DNA of 63,119 nt, counting the filler, from Neolecta irregularis DAH-3 (lineage: Eukaryota): NCBI GenBank assembly GCA_001929475.1. It is 7 parts of 7 records of this genome, joined end to end, with 100 filler letters (N's around TTAATTAATTAA, not from the genome) between each part and the next. Parts side by side here need not be neighbours in the genome. Positions count along the whole stretch, not along the records: positions 17,293 to 38,137 come from LXFE01001159.1; 6 more parts are not named here. One strand, 5' to 3'. A program made the translations under genes and the position numbers. The notes beneath the pieces are model-generated. The model ran no database searches. It was given only the letters and a program-made list of their open reading frames with translations, and was not told the DNA's origin. Positions 23,865 through 36,840 of this stretch are shown here, piece by piece; the stretch's first letter is position 1, and every line of letters starts with the position of its first letter.

Positions 23865-24680
23865 ATGGCAGTCGCCAAATCCTTTCCGCCAGAAAAATGT
23901 CTGGTCAAAGTCTCTCAACCAAATGCTACTCTTCCTGTATACCAGATCACTTTTGCCGCTCCGCCAGATAACCGCTTGAACACGTCTTTTTGCAATGCAC
24001 TCTTCTCTGCGCTCGATTATGTTGCAACATTGCCTCCGGGAGCTGTTATCACAACCTCTGAACAAGCAAAGTTTTACAGCAATGGCCTCGATCTACAACA
24101 CGTGCATGAAACACCAGGATTCTTGCAAGGTACTCTGTACAACCTCTTTATTCGACTCTTAACCTTTCCAATGCCAACTGTCGCGGCTGTTACCGGCCAT
24201 GCGTTTGCGGGTGGTTGGATGCTTGCCATGTGTCATGATTATCGAGTTGGGAACGAGAAGAAGGGGTGGTTCTCTCTCAACGAACTTGAATTCGGAGGCA
24301 TGTCTGTTGTTCGATGAGAAGCTAATTTTATAGCATACTTGCCTTATGCAATGGTTCAACTTATGGCAAGGAAGTTGGAGCTGGCCACGTTCTCGAAGGC
24401 GGCCTTGGAAGCTTATCGATTTACTGGTCCAGACGGCATTGAACGGGGTTTTCTGGATCAGCTAGGGAAGGATCCGGAAGAAGTGTTAAAAATTGCTCTG
24501 TCGATTGGCAAGGACAAAGCCAAATTTGGCCAAAGTGCAGGTTATGGGAAGATGAAGCGAGAGGTCTGGAGAAATATAGTTCAATGTCTGAAAGAAGACG
24601 GCATTGAACGGGAAAAGATTCTGTCTAAAGAAATGGAGGCAGAAGAGAAGCGGATGGAGAGCATCCAATCCAAGTTGTAA
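23865..24680 (+). CDS. peroxisomal enoyl-CoA delta-isomerase (crotonase family)
   Basis: PPDNRL, KFYSNGLDL, FPMPTVAAVTGHAFAGG and NELEFG motifs; C-terminal SKL (PTS1); 1 intron. Confidence 0.9.
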
Positions 24681-24681
24681 T

Positions 24682-25672
24682 TTATTCAAGGTTGGATAAT
24701 ACTTTTATTCCGTGAACAAGAGCGCTCCAATCCTCTTCCCCCTTTCCCTTATCATTTGCACAGTTCAAGTTTCGAATAGCAAGATCGATCGTCGGTATCC
24801 CAGCACCGCTTCTCTCAGCCAACTCCCGGATATGTTTGGCATCTTTTAACCCATTCTTCACATTTATTCCCAAGACAGTCCCATGAGATCCATCTTTTAT
24901 TACTGCTCCGTAATTCTTAAAGCTGGGTGCTGGAAACATTTCAGTGTAGACTTGATATAAATCATTCTTATCCACTCCACATTTTTCAGCGAGTGTGAAT
25001 CCTGGTGATAAGGATGAGATGCAAGTATGATATACCCTCACCGAGAAGTTCAACTATGCCCAAGATCATAAAGTTTCCACACAGCTTTAACATTGAAGAT
25101 TTGGTTACCTCATCGCCGAGATCGATGCACAGTCTCGCTACACTTGGGACGAGTAATTTTTTTATCTTTTGACGACAGCATTTGTCTACTCCTGCTAGTA
25201 AGGCAATCAATTGCGCTTGATCAGCCTATGTATAGGGATAAGTATTGAACTATCAAAGTCATGAGCACCTACAGCAGCAACTGCTCCCATTACCGGACAA
25301 CTTTTAAATTAGCTATTATATCATAGTCACTTACTGCACAAATTTCCCGCCCTTTTCTTTCGCGATTTGACTAAGTTGTTCGACAGTATCAGGTAAAATG
25401 GTGCTCGTGTCAACAACAGTTTTCCCACTTAGACACTCCAACTTTCCGAAAATTTGTAGCACAGCTTCATCAGTCGCGAGACTCGTGAACACAATATCGG
25501 AATCAATGTCTTCAACTCTTTCAACCATTTTTGCACCTGGATTATTTTTCACAAATATTTCAGCTTTTGAAGCCGTTCGATTGTATACGGTCAATGCATC
25601 AGTTGAAGGTAGCAAATTTCTTGCCATAGGGCTTCCCATATTCCCCAGTCCAATCCATGCAATTGACGCCAT
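24682..25672 (-). CDS. NAD-dependent 3-hydroxyisobutyrate/6-phosphogluconate dehydrogenase family protein
   Basis: IAWIGLGNMGSPMARNL, VDTSTILP, LKLCGNF and GLKDAKH motifs. Confidence 0.9.
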
Positions 25673-25775
25673 TTTGTTTTATAGATAAAGATAATATATC
25701 CGTTTCTGAGGGTATTGACAAAACAGGTGACTTCATCTCAATCAATCAACGTCATCTGATCCCTGATTTGAATAT

Positions 25776-26797
25776 ATGGCTCATGCAAAATATGCTTCGT
25801 TGCCGGACCTTGTAACTGCCACATAATGGTTTAATTGACGAGCAGGATTTCGCTGCAGATGTCTATGAAACTCCAGATCTGATATCCGATCATTCTACAA
25901 TTGCTGCACCGATTCTGGTTCTACTGTTACTGACAGTCAGGATACGACGCAAGATTTCCAGAGTGAAAATATCGAGACAGACGCATTGTCTCCTTCTCAA
26001 GCCAGAGAAAGGTTTATACGTGAAAGTTTAGACGCTACAGAAACAGGTATATTTTCCATTAATAATGAATTTACTTGACGCGAGATTTTTCTGGAAAGTT
26101 GGGAACTACAGGAACCTACCGAACCGGTAGGCTTACCGAGTCAAGGCGCGAAAAGATTAGCAGAATCAAACGCGAGCTAGAAGAGCTCAAAAATTCAGAG
26201 GAAAAAGATGAAGATATCTACCATTTATCAGATTTGATCGCTCAACTACAAACTACGACCCACCAGAAGTCTCTGGCGTCGTCTGCTCCTGAAAACATCT
26301 CTGAAATCGACCTTCGATTAGCCAAACTCGAAAAATGTTTAGGAATCGATACGAACAACTTTGCTACGCCAGTGCTGTCTCTTCTTTCGACAACATCAGC
26401 CAAATTATCTTTACTCAATTCGTCTGGGTTGGACACAATGATTAGACAAATCAAGACATTATTACACGAATTATCGAAGGAATTACCTGAACAAGAGAAA
26501 TTGAACGCCTTATACGCCAATCTTGAAACTATTGAAAAACTGGAGGGAATTGTCCCACATATTTTGGACAGATTGAGGAGTTTGAAAGTGATTCATGATG
26601 AATCGGCCAACGTGGTTGATGGTTTGCGAACTGTTGAATTGAAGAGCGAGGAGATTACTGAAGATATTGCAAAGTGGAAGGAAGCAGTTGAAAAATTGGA
26701 AAGCCTAATGAATCAAATTATGACGGATGTCGGTGGAAACGTATCTGTTTTGAATAGCCGGATTGCAGATTTGGAAGACAGAATATCCAAAGTATAG
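25776..26797 (+). CDS. dynactin subunit p50 / dynamitin
   Basis: N-terminus KYASLPDL-D...DVYETPDL; ES...KISRIKRELEEL; PHILDRLRSLKVIH; coiled-coil C-terminus. Confidence 0.85.
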
Positions 26798-27348
26798 CCA
26801 GGTGCCAATGCGATTTATCACCGGAACCTTCGTCATGCGCGGCCATTGTGAATTTTATGTTCTTGCATTCATCAAACCCATTTCAACAATCATAATATTA
26901 CGATTGCATGTCTAAGGAACTATGAAATGGATGTCTCACTACTTCTTTCTTAAGCGTGCGGGCTTTAATGTTTAATACTTGGCGGGTATTATTGGAGATT
27001 TTGAGGGCGCCGTAAGCTAAAAGCCATGTTTGAAGTTCTTAATCATACTTGCTGAATTAGGTCTCACGACCAGTCAAACACCCACCCAATGACGTAATTG
27101 ACATAGGGTGCATGTGGTGCCCACCAAATGTCATGAAATTTACCAATTCGTCATATTCAAATTTTAATGCCCGTTTGGTACATCACTCTTTGAGAGATTT
27201 TGGTCCAACCTCTCAACAAGGTTGGTGCTCAATATGGACTATTGAACAAATGCGAATGATATTTGCAATTAGTTGTTGGTTTTGAAATATTATCCTTTTT
27301 TTTAACTCCTTATAGTCCATTGGTAGAAATTTTTGTGTTGAAAAATCT

Positions 27349-28695
27349 TTAGACTTTATGTTTGGGTGTTGTGGGAGGACGGCTGAAGGGATTTCCACTC
27401 TCAGATGTCGTGAAAAAAGAAAAAACTGGTCCACATCTGGTTTTTCTTTTTTCAAGAAATTGGGAAGACTCGACAAATTTCATGAAATTTGGCGCGCTCC
27501 AAACGCTCCCATAGTTTAATTCATTCATTCCCAAATGCTCTGGGACTCTCGGACGTCCTAATTTAATGTGCGACCGTTTGTGACACAATCTGTCCATTGT
27601 CGTACTCCGTTTTCGCTAATATTGTCGAGGTCAAAATCTAGCCATAGCTGATCAAAAATCAGTTTAGCTCTTTCGAATACCTCCTCTTGAATTCCCACTA
27701 TTGGGCCGGAAAACTGGTAATATTCATGCAGCGAAGACAGGACATTAACTTTGAACTGTGCTAATGTCAAATACATACTTCCGCGATCGAATTGTATGAG
27801 GTGCTCCAACAATAGTGATTGGAGTGGCAAGATTTCAGGTATAGTAACTTGGCATAACCCTACATATCAGAGATGTTCCCCACAAATCTTTCTTACGACG
27901 AATCTCTTCGAGAACCCTCTTAATAATCTTCCTGAGTACCCATCTAGCACGGATAAAATCTACCCCAAGGTGAATGTCAATCATATTTTGAAATGACTGA
28001 CAATTTTCCCATGCCAGTATCTCGTTCCAGCGGGCTAGATTATTAAAATCTGGATGTTGAGTTTTTACCAGCATTATTTCCACGAGTAGAGTGGCTTAGT
28101 CCATAATCCACCCAATATCTCCAGAAGTCACTCTCAAGTGATTGTACATATTTAAGTGCCGTCGGATTTGGATTTGGGTTCAAAAGGAAACAGTAAAATA
28201 CATCTCGAATGTCACTGTAGACTTCATTTACATCAGAATAGAAACCCTTTCCAAGAAGTCCGCGAATTACTGTAAAATTGAAGAGGGTGCCGAATAAATA
28301 CCATTCGCCCAAGGGGAAAATCGTAGGTGGTTCTTATCAGTTAGTCCAACTTCCGGAACTCTCACTCACGATACATCCGTTCTAATAAGTGGTCTACCAC
28401 CTTATATGCAAGCATAATGGGGGACCACCCTCTGACGGTTGGGCTAATCGAGCTCGGAAATATATACTTCTCAAAGAATGTTCCGTCCCCAAGCTCGATC
28501 AGCCCAGCAGTCAGAGGGTGGTGTCCCATTATGCCTGCATTGTAGCTGGCACACAACCCAAGGTTCAATCGAGGGTTCTTAAAAAGGCACTCGGTCAAGC
28601 TTCCATGCCTGGATCTCCTAGTTCTAGGAAAATCCTCTATCCGTTATATCTTTCTGATCATATTGGTATTTATTACCGGCGTCCCATGACGCCAT
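27349..28695 (-). CDS. multi-exon hypothetical protein with divergent bromodomain-like helical segment(s)
   Basis: ORF pieces join in frame through plausible 34-50 nt GT-AG introns. FTVIRGLLGKGFYSDVNEVYSDIRDVF resembles bromodomain helices A-B. Start and end are uncertain. Confidence 0.55.
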
Positions 28696-29317
28696 CTAAA
28701 AGCATGTCAGCGTGATATGGGGAAGAATCAACAAGTACATAAGGAAGCTTGCTCGATACAAGCCAAAAGAAATTCCCCCTTTTATTCATTTAAAAACTTT
28801 TCTTGCTATATCTTTCCCACTGTTTTACCGTCACTAATCCATGAAATTATCATCCGAGATCTTCCATAGCACCAACTACTAGACAGCAATAGCCTCTTAG
28901 TCGGTCTCTGTAAGATGAGGCCTCGAGTACAAATAAGACTAGGATATATTGTCCCGCTTTAAGTAACGAAAACTTAGCTAGGTATGGCCTACAATAACCT
29001 TTATATACCACACCAATCAAGATACTTCTGAGATGAGACACACAACTGTTCCATGCCTCTGGCCGCATTGGTAAGCATGTCTCTGAGGAGATATTCTTAA
29101 CTCAGTGTTGGACAAAAGGGTTCTGCAAAGTGGAACTGATCGTCTTGTGAATTGTTACTAGCCAGTCAAAGCCATCACTATTCTAACCAGTGTTTTTTTC
29201 TCTAGGCCGTAGTTCAGGGCACATCCTAGGTACTTTAGCGTCGCTTATCCGCTACTTCAACCAGCTTCAGGGCTCACGTAACACAACTAAGTCTTCGCGT
29301 TAAATTTAAAAAGCTTC

Positions 29318-29513
29318 TGTAAGGATATATCCGGAGTATTACCGGATATATCTTACCAATGGAGCAAGTGGCGGAAAAGAAATAACGGCAATTGTATTGA
29401 GAAAGTATATAAGACTTAGCCGGCACACCTTAACCTAAGCTCATAAAGTCTACAAGCTTAGATTAAGGAATATAATCTAGTGTTATTTGTACACAAGAGC
29501 TCAACACGTTACA
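29318..29513 (+). mobile_element. short solo-LTR-like element, copy 4 (196 bp)
   Basis: TGTAA...TTACA termini; perfect TSD GCTTC (29313-29317 and 29514-29518). Confidence 0.9.
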
Positions 29514-29712
29514 GCTTCTTACAACAGGACTCTCTAAGCAGCCCTGAGAGTCCAAACAAAACGACTTGCTAAGATTTTAGGTTTTAAATAGTTGCAAACC
29601 GAGGATTCTTCACGACCGTTTGGCCCAATTATGATTATTAGCCAATCGCAAAGGACAGTCCTATTTCGTGCATTCATAAGGGGAAGATTGCTAGGATGTC
29701 TCTATTCCTGAC

Positions 29713-29868
29713 TGTAAGTTATGCGCTTAGAAATACGATAAGACCAAGTGTTATAACTAGCCTAAGTATTCGTACTTGGATAGGAATATCTAACTTCCAC
29801 CTTTATATATTTCCCGTCAAGCCACCTTGCCGTATTGGTAAGATATACCCTTTGGGTATATCCTTACA
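29713..29868 (-). mobile_element. short solo-LTR-like element, copy 5 (156 bp)
   Basis: TGTAAG...CTTACA termini; perfect TSD CTGAC (29708-29712 and 29869-29873). Confidence 0.92.
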
Positions 29869-30585
29869 CTGACTATGGGCAGGTTGATTTGGTTATTATC
29901 TAACTTGATACAGTACTTTTTGACATTGTCATTAACTTCTTCGAATAATTATATCGTGATGACTAATAAAAATATTTTAGCACAAACCCATTTGACTAAC
30001 AAGGTTTTATGGAATTTCCTTGGTGTCATATTTAGCGAAATGATTTTTCCGTGGAAACATTGATGCTTAAATGTCAGCATTAAATTTGCCAAGACTTTCT
30101 CCCACGTTGACAAGGCTAATTGATCAAGATTGCTTGAGCTAGTACGCTCCAGAGAGCGAGACCAGAAGGCTTGATAAATCCTACATGGCCGCCTACGTCG
30201 AGTGAAAATGCTCATTCTACTCTGCAAGGTAACCCCGAAAATCGTGGTGCATTCCATTTCTTGTATTCCAGGTCATCTTTAGTTGAGAGAACTCTGAATC
30301 GTAGGGATACCAGAACCAATTTGAAACTTGTCGAACTTTTGCAGAATGGAAGCGCGGACTATACGTGAATGTCTTGCTATCATTGAGAGGGCTAATTTCG
30401 GAATATACAGATGTGGGGACAAATATAGAGGAATCTAGAAGATCCATCTGATAGTACCACTTACTTGGTCATGTCGGAAGACTCGTCACTCTCATATTAT
30501 TTTCTTGATCACCCAAACGGTTGTATACTGTTAGGAATCGCATGTGCAAAATATATACCATCAATACAACTCCCTATCTACACCA

Positions 30586-32053
30586 TCAATCAGCTTTCTG
30601 TTGGGCAGCACCTATCTTGTGAGTTCAGCCAGCATCCATGATATACCGGTTGTAGGAAACCCCATTGCAACTTTAAAAGTGTCGTAAATAAGCCACTGAA
30701 GACCAGTCAACCTGCAATATTAGCTCCATGCCCTGAGTAAATGACATACGTTCCAATCATCAATATACGAACGGGCAACCCATTCTAATTTATTACTTCA
30801 AAGACAGAAATGTTTACCCATAAGCCCGAAAATCCGATTTGTTTATAGATCCTTCCTACGGTGGCAAAGGACCCTTCTCCAGTTTGTTTTTGGGCGTTGA
30901 TTTTAGAGACGAGTACATCTGCAGGATGACTAGCAACTTTGAGATCAAGAAGAGACCCAAATATTTACCTGACTATAGCACACAGAATTCCGGCTAGATA
31001 ACCACCGATGAAAGAAACCCCAGTTTGTTGAAGTTTGTTGTATTGCTCCTTTGGTTTCGGAAGATTTAAATATATTTGCTCAACAATGTTTTCGAAAGAA
31101 GCAAACTTAGGACATGTCAGAGAGTGAATAGTCCATAACTCACTTTCATCATTGTATACGGAATTTGACGAGCCCAGAGAGGGGAGATACCAGCATATAG
31201 TCTACTCATCAGCCATAAAATTCCAAAGGATAGAAGCAATACCCACCAAGTCCTTCTTTCGCAGTAACTCTACCCCATCCTTCTCTCGTCGTTTTGGCAA
31301 ATGGCGGGATTGATGTTTGCATCCTAACTTTGATTGCTTCCCAGGGACCTATAAATTCAGTTCTACACTCACTCTATACAATATATCCTACACAGAAGAA
31401 TATCCGCAAGGAACTCTGCACTGGCGCTTGCGGCTAGATAAACGCCGGTACGATATTTATGGGCTGCTTCTTCACCGACAACGTCTGCATACGTTTTTTT
31501 GAATAACTCGTAGAATCCATATTTACCGGCTCCTTGGAAAGAGTAGCCGATAAACGTAGGTGACCATCCTGTGAAAATTCCTCTCATGCCCTCCGCACGG
31601 TAGACCTTGCCCCATGCTTCGATGTTTGACTTGTATAACTTCGCATTCACCTGTCTGCGACCTTGTTTGTTAAACACAGACCACTAATGGGCAAGGCACA
31701 TTTGACGAGGTCCAGTGGAGTGACAATGGTCTTGTTGATTATTTGGAAGTATATAAGACGAGCTTACATGGGTTGGTCCACAAGCCCTATCTGGGTTATT
31801 TCAATTATACACGGAGCCGGAATACGCACAGAATACCTCCAATCATACATGCCGTATAGTATTTCCCCGAATATAGCTCAATGTCACCACCTGATCTTCC
31901 CGGCGACGGGAGGCTCCTCTTAACTGCAGCCTTTGCGGAAGTCTTCAAATCAAAGGGATTTCCCTCCTTGGCAGGCCCGCCAAGCCCCGATAGATTGAGA
32001 TTCGGGAGACTCAACACCCCCAAAAATGCTGATGTAGAAGTGTAGAATGCCAT
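30586..32053 (-). CDS. PIC2: mitochondrial phosphate/copper carrier (Pic2/SLC25A3 type)
   Basis: IELYSGKYY, PLDLVKCR, GWSPTFIGYSFQGAGKYGFYE, ASASAEFLAD, RQIPYTMMKF and LQWLIYD motifs; many introns. Confidence 0.9.
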
Positions 32054-32108
32054 GTGATAGACGACAGTAATTGACTGCGTGGGAGAAGACGCGGTCAACA
32101 ACGTGACC

Positions 32109-32116
32109 TGACGTCA
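32109..32116. promoter_or_regulatory. palindromic CRE/ATF site TGACGTCA, ~55 bp upstream of PIC2
   Basis: Exact motif in the proximal promoter; function inferred. Confidence 0.4.
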
Positions 32117-32628
32117 TCGCCAAATTAACCCTTTTCTCAACTTGATGTTACTAGTGGTATCCCGAGCCATCGGCATGTGTTGCTGACAAGGATCCTTTGT
32201 AGTAGAATTGACCAATGAGGCTTTCTTGAACGAAGCAAGCACATTGAAGCATAACCAGTAACAAAATATTCCTACGGTATTTGTAATTTTCTTTTGGTTT
32301 CATAATCTTCGGCCCACGACTCGATATTGTATATAGTGTAGATACGAGACAAGGGACTGGTAGCAACATTCAAATTATGGAAGATGTATAAAGCAATTAA
32401 TACATTTCCTGTATTCACTAGTTCCGCGTGATTTCTCAGCTGCCTGTGCTGCAATACTAAAATCCTATATTTAACCCCAATATCAGACTTTATAACCTCC
32501 TTCCATAAAGATAAATGAACCGGCAGTATTTCAATTCGTGAATATTAATAACAGCATACCCAAACCCAAACCGCCCCTTCGCAATGACAGAACGGACGAA
32601 TTTATCCATTCCTGAAAAGTCCTGGTTA

Positions 32629-35600
32629 TCAAGTGAGAGGCCGCGACTGCCGGGGAGTAGAATAACCACCGAGGCTCGAGTGACGGTCTTCACTGCGATC
32701 GCCAAGGGGTATCGCTGGGAAAATAAAAGTTTTCCTCCGTCGATCGCGTTCGAAGTCTCGCCATCGTTTCATTATAATATGACTAGAATCAAATTCTCCT
32801 TCCTTGTCTCCGTGGCCTTTAGAAGCTTTAGTTTCTCCGTCGATTTTCCGGGTATCACCCCATCCGAAATCATCAAAATGCCAGTCTAGACGATATTCAG
32901 TATTTTCGTTGATTGAAGAAGGGAGGATGTACATGCGTAAAGTGGAAGGACGAGATTCCAGATTGGGAGCGACAAGATATATATAAGCATCCATGCTACG
33001 TATATCCATTTCTTCGCGGTGATGACGATTAGTACTGCTGGAAGACCGAGAATGAGAGCTAGTAATACTAATGGGATTATAGGGACCGGTTTCCTGACGA
33101 TTGCGATGCTGATGACGTAAAATGTAAATGCGATTGCGGCGGGGAGTACAAGAGTTCCAATCAATTCGATAAACACAACAAACTTAAACGGTGAGAGGAG
33201 ATTTAAGAAGCAACCGTACCTGCATTGAAAAACAGAATGTCCCGCAGAGATCCCGAACGAGGATCAGTTCCATAAGATTGTGAATGGTAGAATTAATCCA
33301 TCGACGACGTTGACTTAACAAGACTCTAAATTCCTCTGGCACAGTCGTTTTACAAACCGCCTGGGGTACGAAAATCATCTTCCGTTTGGGAAAAGTTTTG
33401 AGCATCAATGTTGACAAGTATCGGTCTTCTCCGAGAAGTAGAAGATTCTTCATGTGTAACGTATCCACGACATTTTCGGAATAATGTTCAATTATATCCG
33501 GGTTGGCGAGAATAGGCACCCAATACCCCATTTGTCCCTTCGGAGTTTTAATTCGGTACATACAGAAACTAACTTGTCAAGCAAGATACTAAAGGACTAG
33601 TACCATCCAGGAAGACAGGTGACGCCTCCAAATATACTTTCAAAAGCCTTGGAAAGATGATGTGAAATAAAGTATTCAAAGACTTGAATCATGGAAACCC
33701 ACGACGCTGATTTATTCGCGATTTTTGTCTCGCCGCATAGACCCATAATTTGGGGATCTCGAACAAAGCATGAAATCATATGGGTAAGCGAATCAGGAAA
33801 CACTTTAGTATCCGCATCAACCTACAAGTCAACTCTACATTCATATTGAGAAATACCATCAAGACAGTCTCGTATCGATCGGGTGGAATACCCGTGACTT
33901 TCCAGATCCCGTTAAACATCTCGAATTCGAGCTCCGTCATACGCTCATCAAACACAACTTTTTGCAAGAACCCCATAAGAATAATTTGACTATCTCTTTT
34001 TCCACGATTTCCTGGTTTCGGATCGAGTTTCTCTTGATCAGTTCCGCATTTGACGATACAAATCATCGGGACACGCTGTTGTTTTTCAGGAGAAATGGAC
34101 AGGTCGTCGTAGTCGTAGTAGCCCGAGTAGACTTTGGCCATGTTGTGCCGTTTATATCCGTTTGCTATAGCGACGTAGGAATGCGGAATGACTTGTTCTT
34201 GCGGTACGTCGAAATCTTTCATCATTGAAAGGACGATTTCAGACGTTGTCATGTCGTTTCCGTGGCCTTTGATTAGACCGTCGCAAATCACCAGGATTAG
34301 TTTATGGCTGTTTGGATAGTCGGTCGTTGCGATTGAGTCGAGTGTTGTGCGAACTCCTTGGAGAGATTCGGAGTATGCGGTGACAAGACATATCGTATAG
34401 AGCAATGGAAACCCAAATGGCTGCCATTCTGGAGGCGGTTGAGGGACAACGCCTTCATGGCTAAATCCAGCTGGACCGGGTCCATCGTCAAGCAGCAGTT
34501 GAGAAGTTCTGTTTTCTGTGCCGAGCATTAATGAACTTGAGCTGTAATTCGAGTGTTCTCCAAGGAGAGATTTCTTGCTTTCAGCGCCTGGGGGAATGAG
34601 ACGGCTTCTTCGCTGTTGTTGGTATGCTCCACCAATCCCTCGTTCATTTGAACCACTGGCGAATTTCGATCGGGGCATAATCCCTCGGCCGTGTCTTAGC
34701 GGAGCCGGTTTGTTGATATTATTTGACCATTCTTCAATTTCTTTGGCACGTCGTTCTGAATCCTTGTAGTCCTCCGATTTGTAGCTCACGATACGAGGAC
34801 TGATGAACCACCCAAAAAAAACAGCGAGAAGAAATTTGATGGTGACTATACTCACGATAAACACCAACGAGACATAAAGGACGACTTTTGAAGCGATGCA
34901 ACCGATCGTATCGCTGTCTACCGAACCCACTCGAAGCAAATCCGCAAAACACGCTCCGGTCTTTTTCCGTCCTGTCTGCGCGAAGATATGGGTAACATCA
35001 CGACCTCGCAAACTGTCATTCAAAGTCCCATTTTGAATTTCAATCCAATCTCCCGGAAAAGAAATTTGAGAAGGATCCAACCAACTCAAAAGATCGAGAT
35101 CAATCACGCTCCCTGAATAAACCACTAAATTCCTTGACGAGTTTTTTAAATCGTCCCAGGTGAAGAAGACTTCCCCCGCCACCTGCATTTGGTAATATGC
35201 GTTTCGACCGTTGGCGGTGGTATGGCACGCGTACCCATTATACTCGTTAAAAGTACTATTCGGTGCCGTCGAACCATCTTGGGCGAAAACCGTGCATGGG
35301 AAATACCATCCCATGTTTCCGTTTTTATCCGACGTGATATTGCTTGAACTAGTAGGCTGAACAAGACTTTTACAGTGGCTATTGACATTTTGAAAGAGAA
35401 ACGACGCGTCTTTACCGCCTGCGCTCACAGGCGGGTATAGCACATTCGACCCCGCTGGGATTCCAAGAGCAGCAGGATGTCGTGAATTGGTTAAATCGTA
35501 GGTTCGTCCATTGATAATTAAATACCCCTCGCTGATTTGATTTGCTCGGAAGCGAGTTGTCGCGGCTGGGCAAACGGCTGCTGTAAAACCAAACGTGAGA

Positions 35601-36161
35601 AAGCCGACGAATGCACAGACGAGTAAGATTAGACTGATCAATCCTACTTTCTCCCTCCACGCGCGTTGTTGATTCTTTCCCACGATGCCTATAGTGTTAA
35701 ATATACATGAAAAATGGAGTATTCACCTACATTGTTAATTATTACATACTCAAAAGGGCGTTACCAAAGCATTTCATGACCGATGATGGGATGCACATCG
35801 TTACAAATCGACAATACACTGTCCAGAAACTCAATTGAGTTACCTGGGAATCTATATTCTTGCTTTTTACGGATCCTCTAGTTTCCAGCTCGACGAATTT
35901 AGTTCCAGAGCCAGAAGAATCGCCCATTTCGCTGTTCGCCACGAAATCGCTCGCGTCGTTGCCCGTTGTCGAGGGAAGGATAGCCATGTGCTGGGCATGT
36001 GTGCGATAATGATAATTCGGATGGTCTCTGGCGATTCTTTGGCGTTCCGGACGGATAAGTGAGCGTTTACGACCAAAGTCAAGTCTAGCTTCTGGATCAT
36101 GCGAAGGGGACAAAGTGAGGCCCTGGAGCGAGGACGACTTGGGCAGTTTGTTTGGCTTCAT
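32629..36161 (-). CDS. CHS3: chitin synthase class IV (Chs3 type)
   Basis: [18 protein letters not shown], cytochrome-b5-like segment, [41 protein letters not shown] and WGDTR motifs. Confidence 0.95.
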
Positions 36162-36840
36162 ATTATGGGGCGGGGCCAGCTGTCGAAGGGTATGTTGCTC
36201 TGGAGGTTGCCAAATGAACAAGTGGAATTGTGGCGGTCCAATGTTTCACACTCTCAAAATAGCAAGAGGGCAGATTCAGAAGGCAGATCCGTGGAAAGAA
36301 AACGGATATTTGCGTCGTTTTTACTGGTTGTTTACGCGATGTTAATGCTTAATATCGCCTACTAGTTGTTCCTCGGAGACGATCGGGCGGAAGCGGGCGC
36401 TTAGATGAAATAGGTTCACTCTGATTCAGTCCTGACAAGTATATTACTATCTGGGCCAGATGTCTCACAAGGATGAATCCTGATAACAAGTGATTCCTCG
36501 CGGAATGCATTCGCCAATGACACGAGGCTGAGGTCATTAGATGAAACCGCGGAGGTCATGAATACTGAATTAGAAATAGGTGGCCACCTGCCTTGGTACT
36601 CCATACCACCCCACCTCCTTTTTCTTATTTGCCTCCTTTGTTATACTCCTTTGTGAATTGCCACCTTTTCCTTCTTTAACTGCTTTGGCGTTGCACTGGC
36701 AATTACACCTTTAGGTATCTTCCGCTGTATTAACTTAACCTTGAACATCACACTAGACAGGGATTGGGAGATTTGTTTGTGTAGGCTGCACGAGACCACT
36801 CTCAGTTTTACCACCCATCCCGACCTACCGTTTCATATAA

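Noticed and set aside
29527-29553. GGACTCTC...GAGAGTCC hairpin between LTR copies 4 and 5
   Set aside because: A single 8-bp stem with no counterpart in the other pair; no tRNA or other RNA gene features.
29875-30480. Short ORFs between the solo LTR and the PIC2 3' end
   Set aside because: No consistent spliced frame or motif could be built.
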